Assembly (NCBI RefSeq): GCF_006345805.1 | Contig: NC_043002.1 | Span: 33,976,001-34,040,000, forward strand | Direction of reading: 5' to 3' | DNA from: Octopus sinensis | Lineage: Eukaryota | DNA: 64,000 bases | Shown here: positions 63,744 through 64,000 of the stretch, piece by piece | How the letters are laid out: each line of letters begins with the position of its first letter | Position numbering within the stretch: the first letter of the stretch is position 1 | Translations under genes and position numbers: made by a program | The notes under the pieces: model-generated | Seen by the model: only the letters and a program-made list of their open reading frames with translations | The model's database searches: none | Told to the model about the DNA's origin: nothing

Positions 63744-63820
63744 CTTCTGTCTATAAATGCTCTAATATCTACACAGCCTTGGTTTTTTAAAACTTATTAC
63801 GCAAAAAATTCTTATATATA

Positions 63821-63870
<50 letters not shown>

Positions 63871-64000
63871 TATATATATATTTGTATACGTTTATATATT
63901 CGTTTTGCAAGATTTTTGATGTGACAGCACGGAAGATCTCAGCAGGATCAACGACTGTAACAACACCTACGAGTTGACAGGATGTATAGTGGGTAGCATG

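Larger units (their letters stand above)
63225..63820. mobile_element. Penelope-like remnant forming an imperfect ~600-bp palindrome
   Basis: 63225-63452 vs 63592-63820 inverted, plus an inner inverted pair ~63460-63486 / 63553-63579; hammerhead motif in each arm; flanked by (TA)n. Confidence 0.7.

Noticed and set aside
1-64000. CRISPR arrays, operons or prokaryotic defence systems
   Set aside because: Sequence is eukaryotic; repeats are microsatellites and TEs without a repeat-spacer structure.

Overview
Eukaryotic, AT-rich, repeat-dense genomic DNA, most likely from an octopod cephalopod (inferred from recalled SINE families and the very high microsatellite load; not verified by search). 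One protein-coding gene is well supported: a six-coding-exon TMEM220-family gene on the + strand (43612-55129, 188 aa, all GT-AG, phases compatible), with at least one unlocated upstream exon. Almost all entries in the ORF track are microsatellite or transposon artefacts. The rest of the window is SINEs (four families), LINE fragments (RTE, R4/Dong, CR1), DNA transposon relics (mariner, Tigger/pogo, Chapaev3, hAT, piggyBac-type and Helentron/DINE-1-type MITEs) and Penelope-type remnants. Three observations stand out. (1) An antisense copy of TMEM220 exon 3 and its 3' splice site sits in intron 1, so the pre-mRNA could fold over exons 2-3. (2) Intron 2 holds a ~390-bp near-perfect foldback containing a two-zinc-finger RTE tail. 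(3) There are several type-I hammerhead ribozyme motifs, one with an intact core, and some foldback hairpins break inside the hammerhead core. These are hypotheses from sequence inspection only. I see no convincing evidence for a wholly new multi-gene system. TE boundaries are approximate unless a TSD or TIR is quoted.
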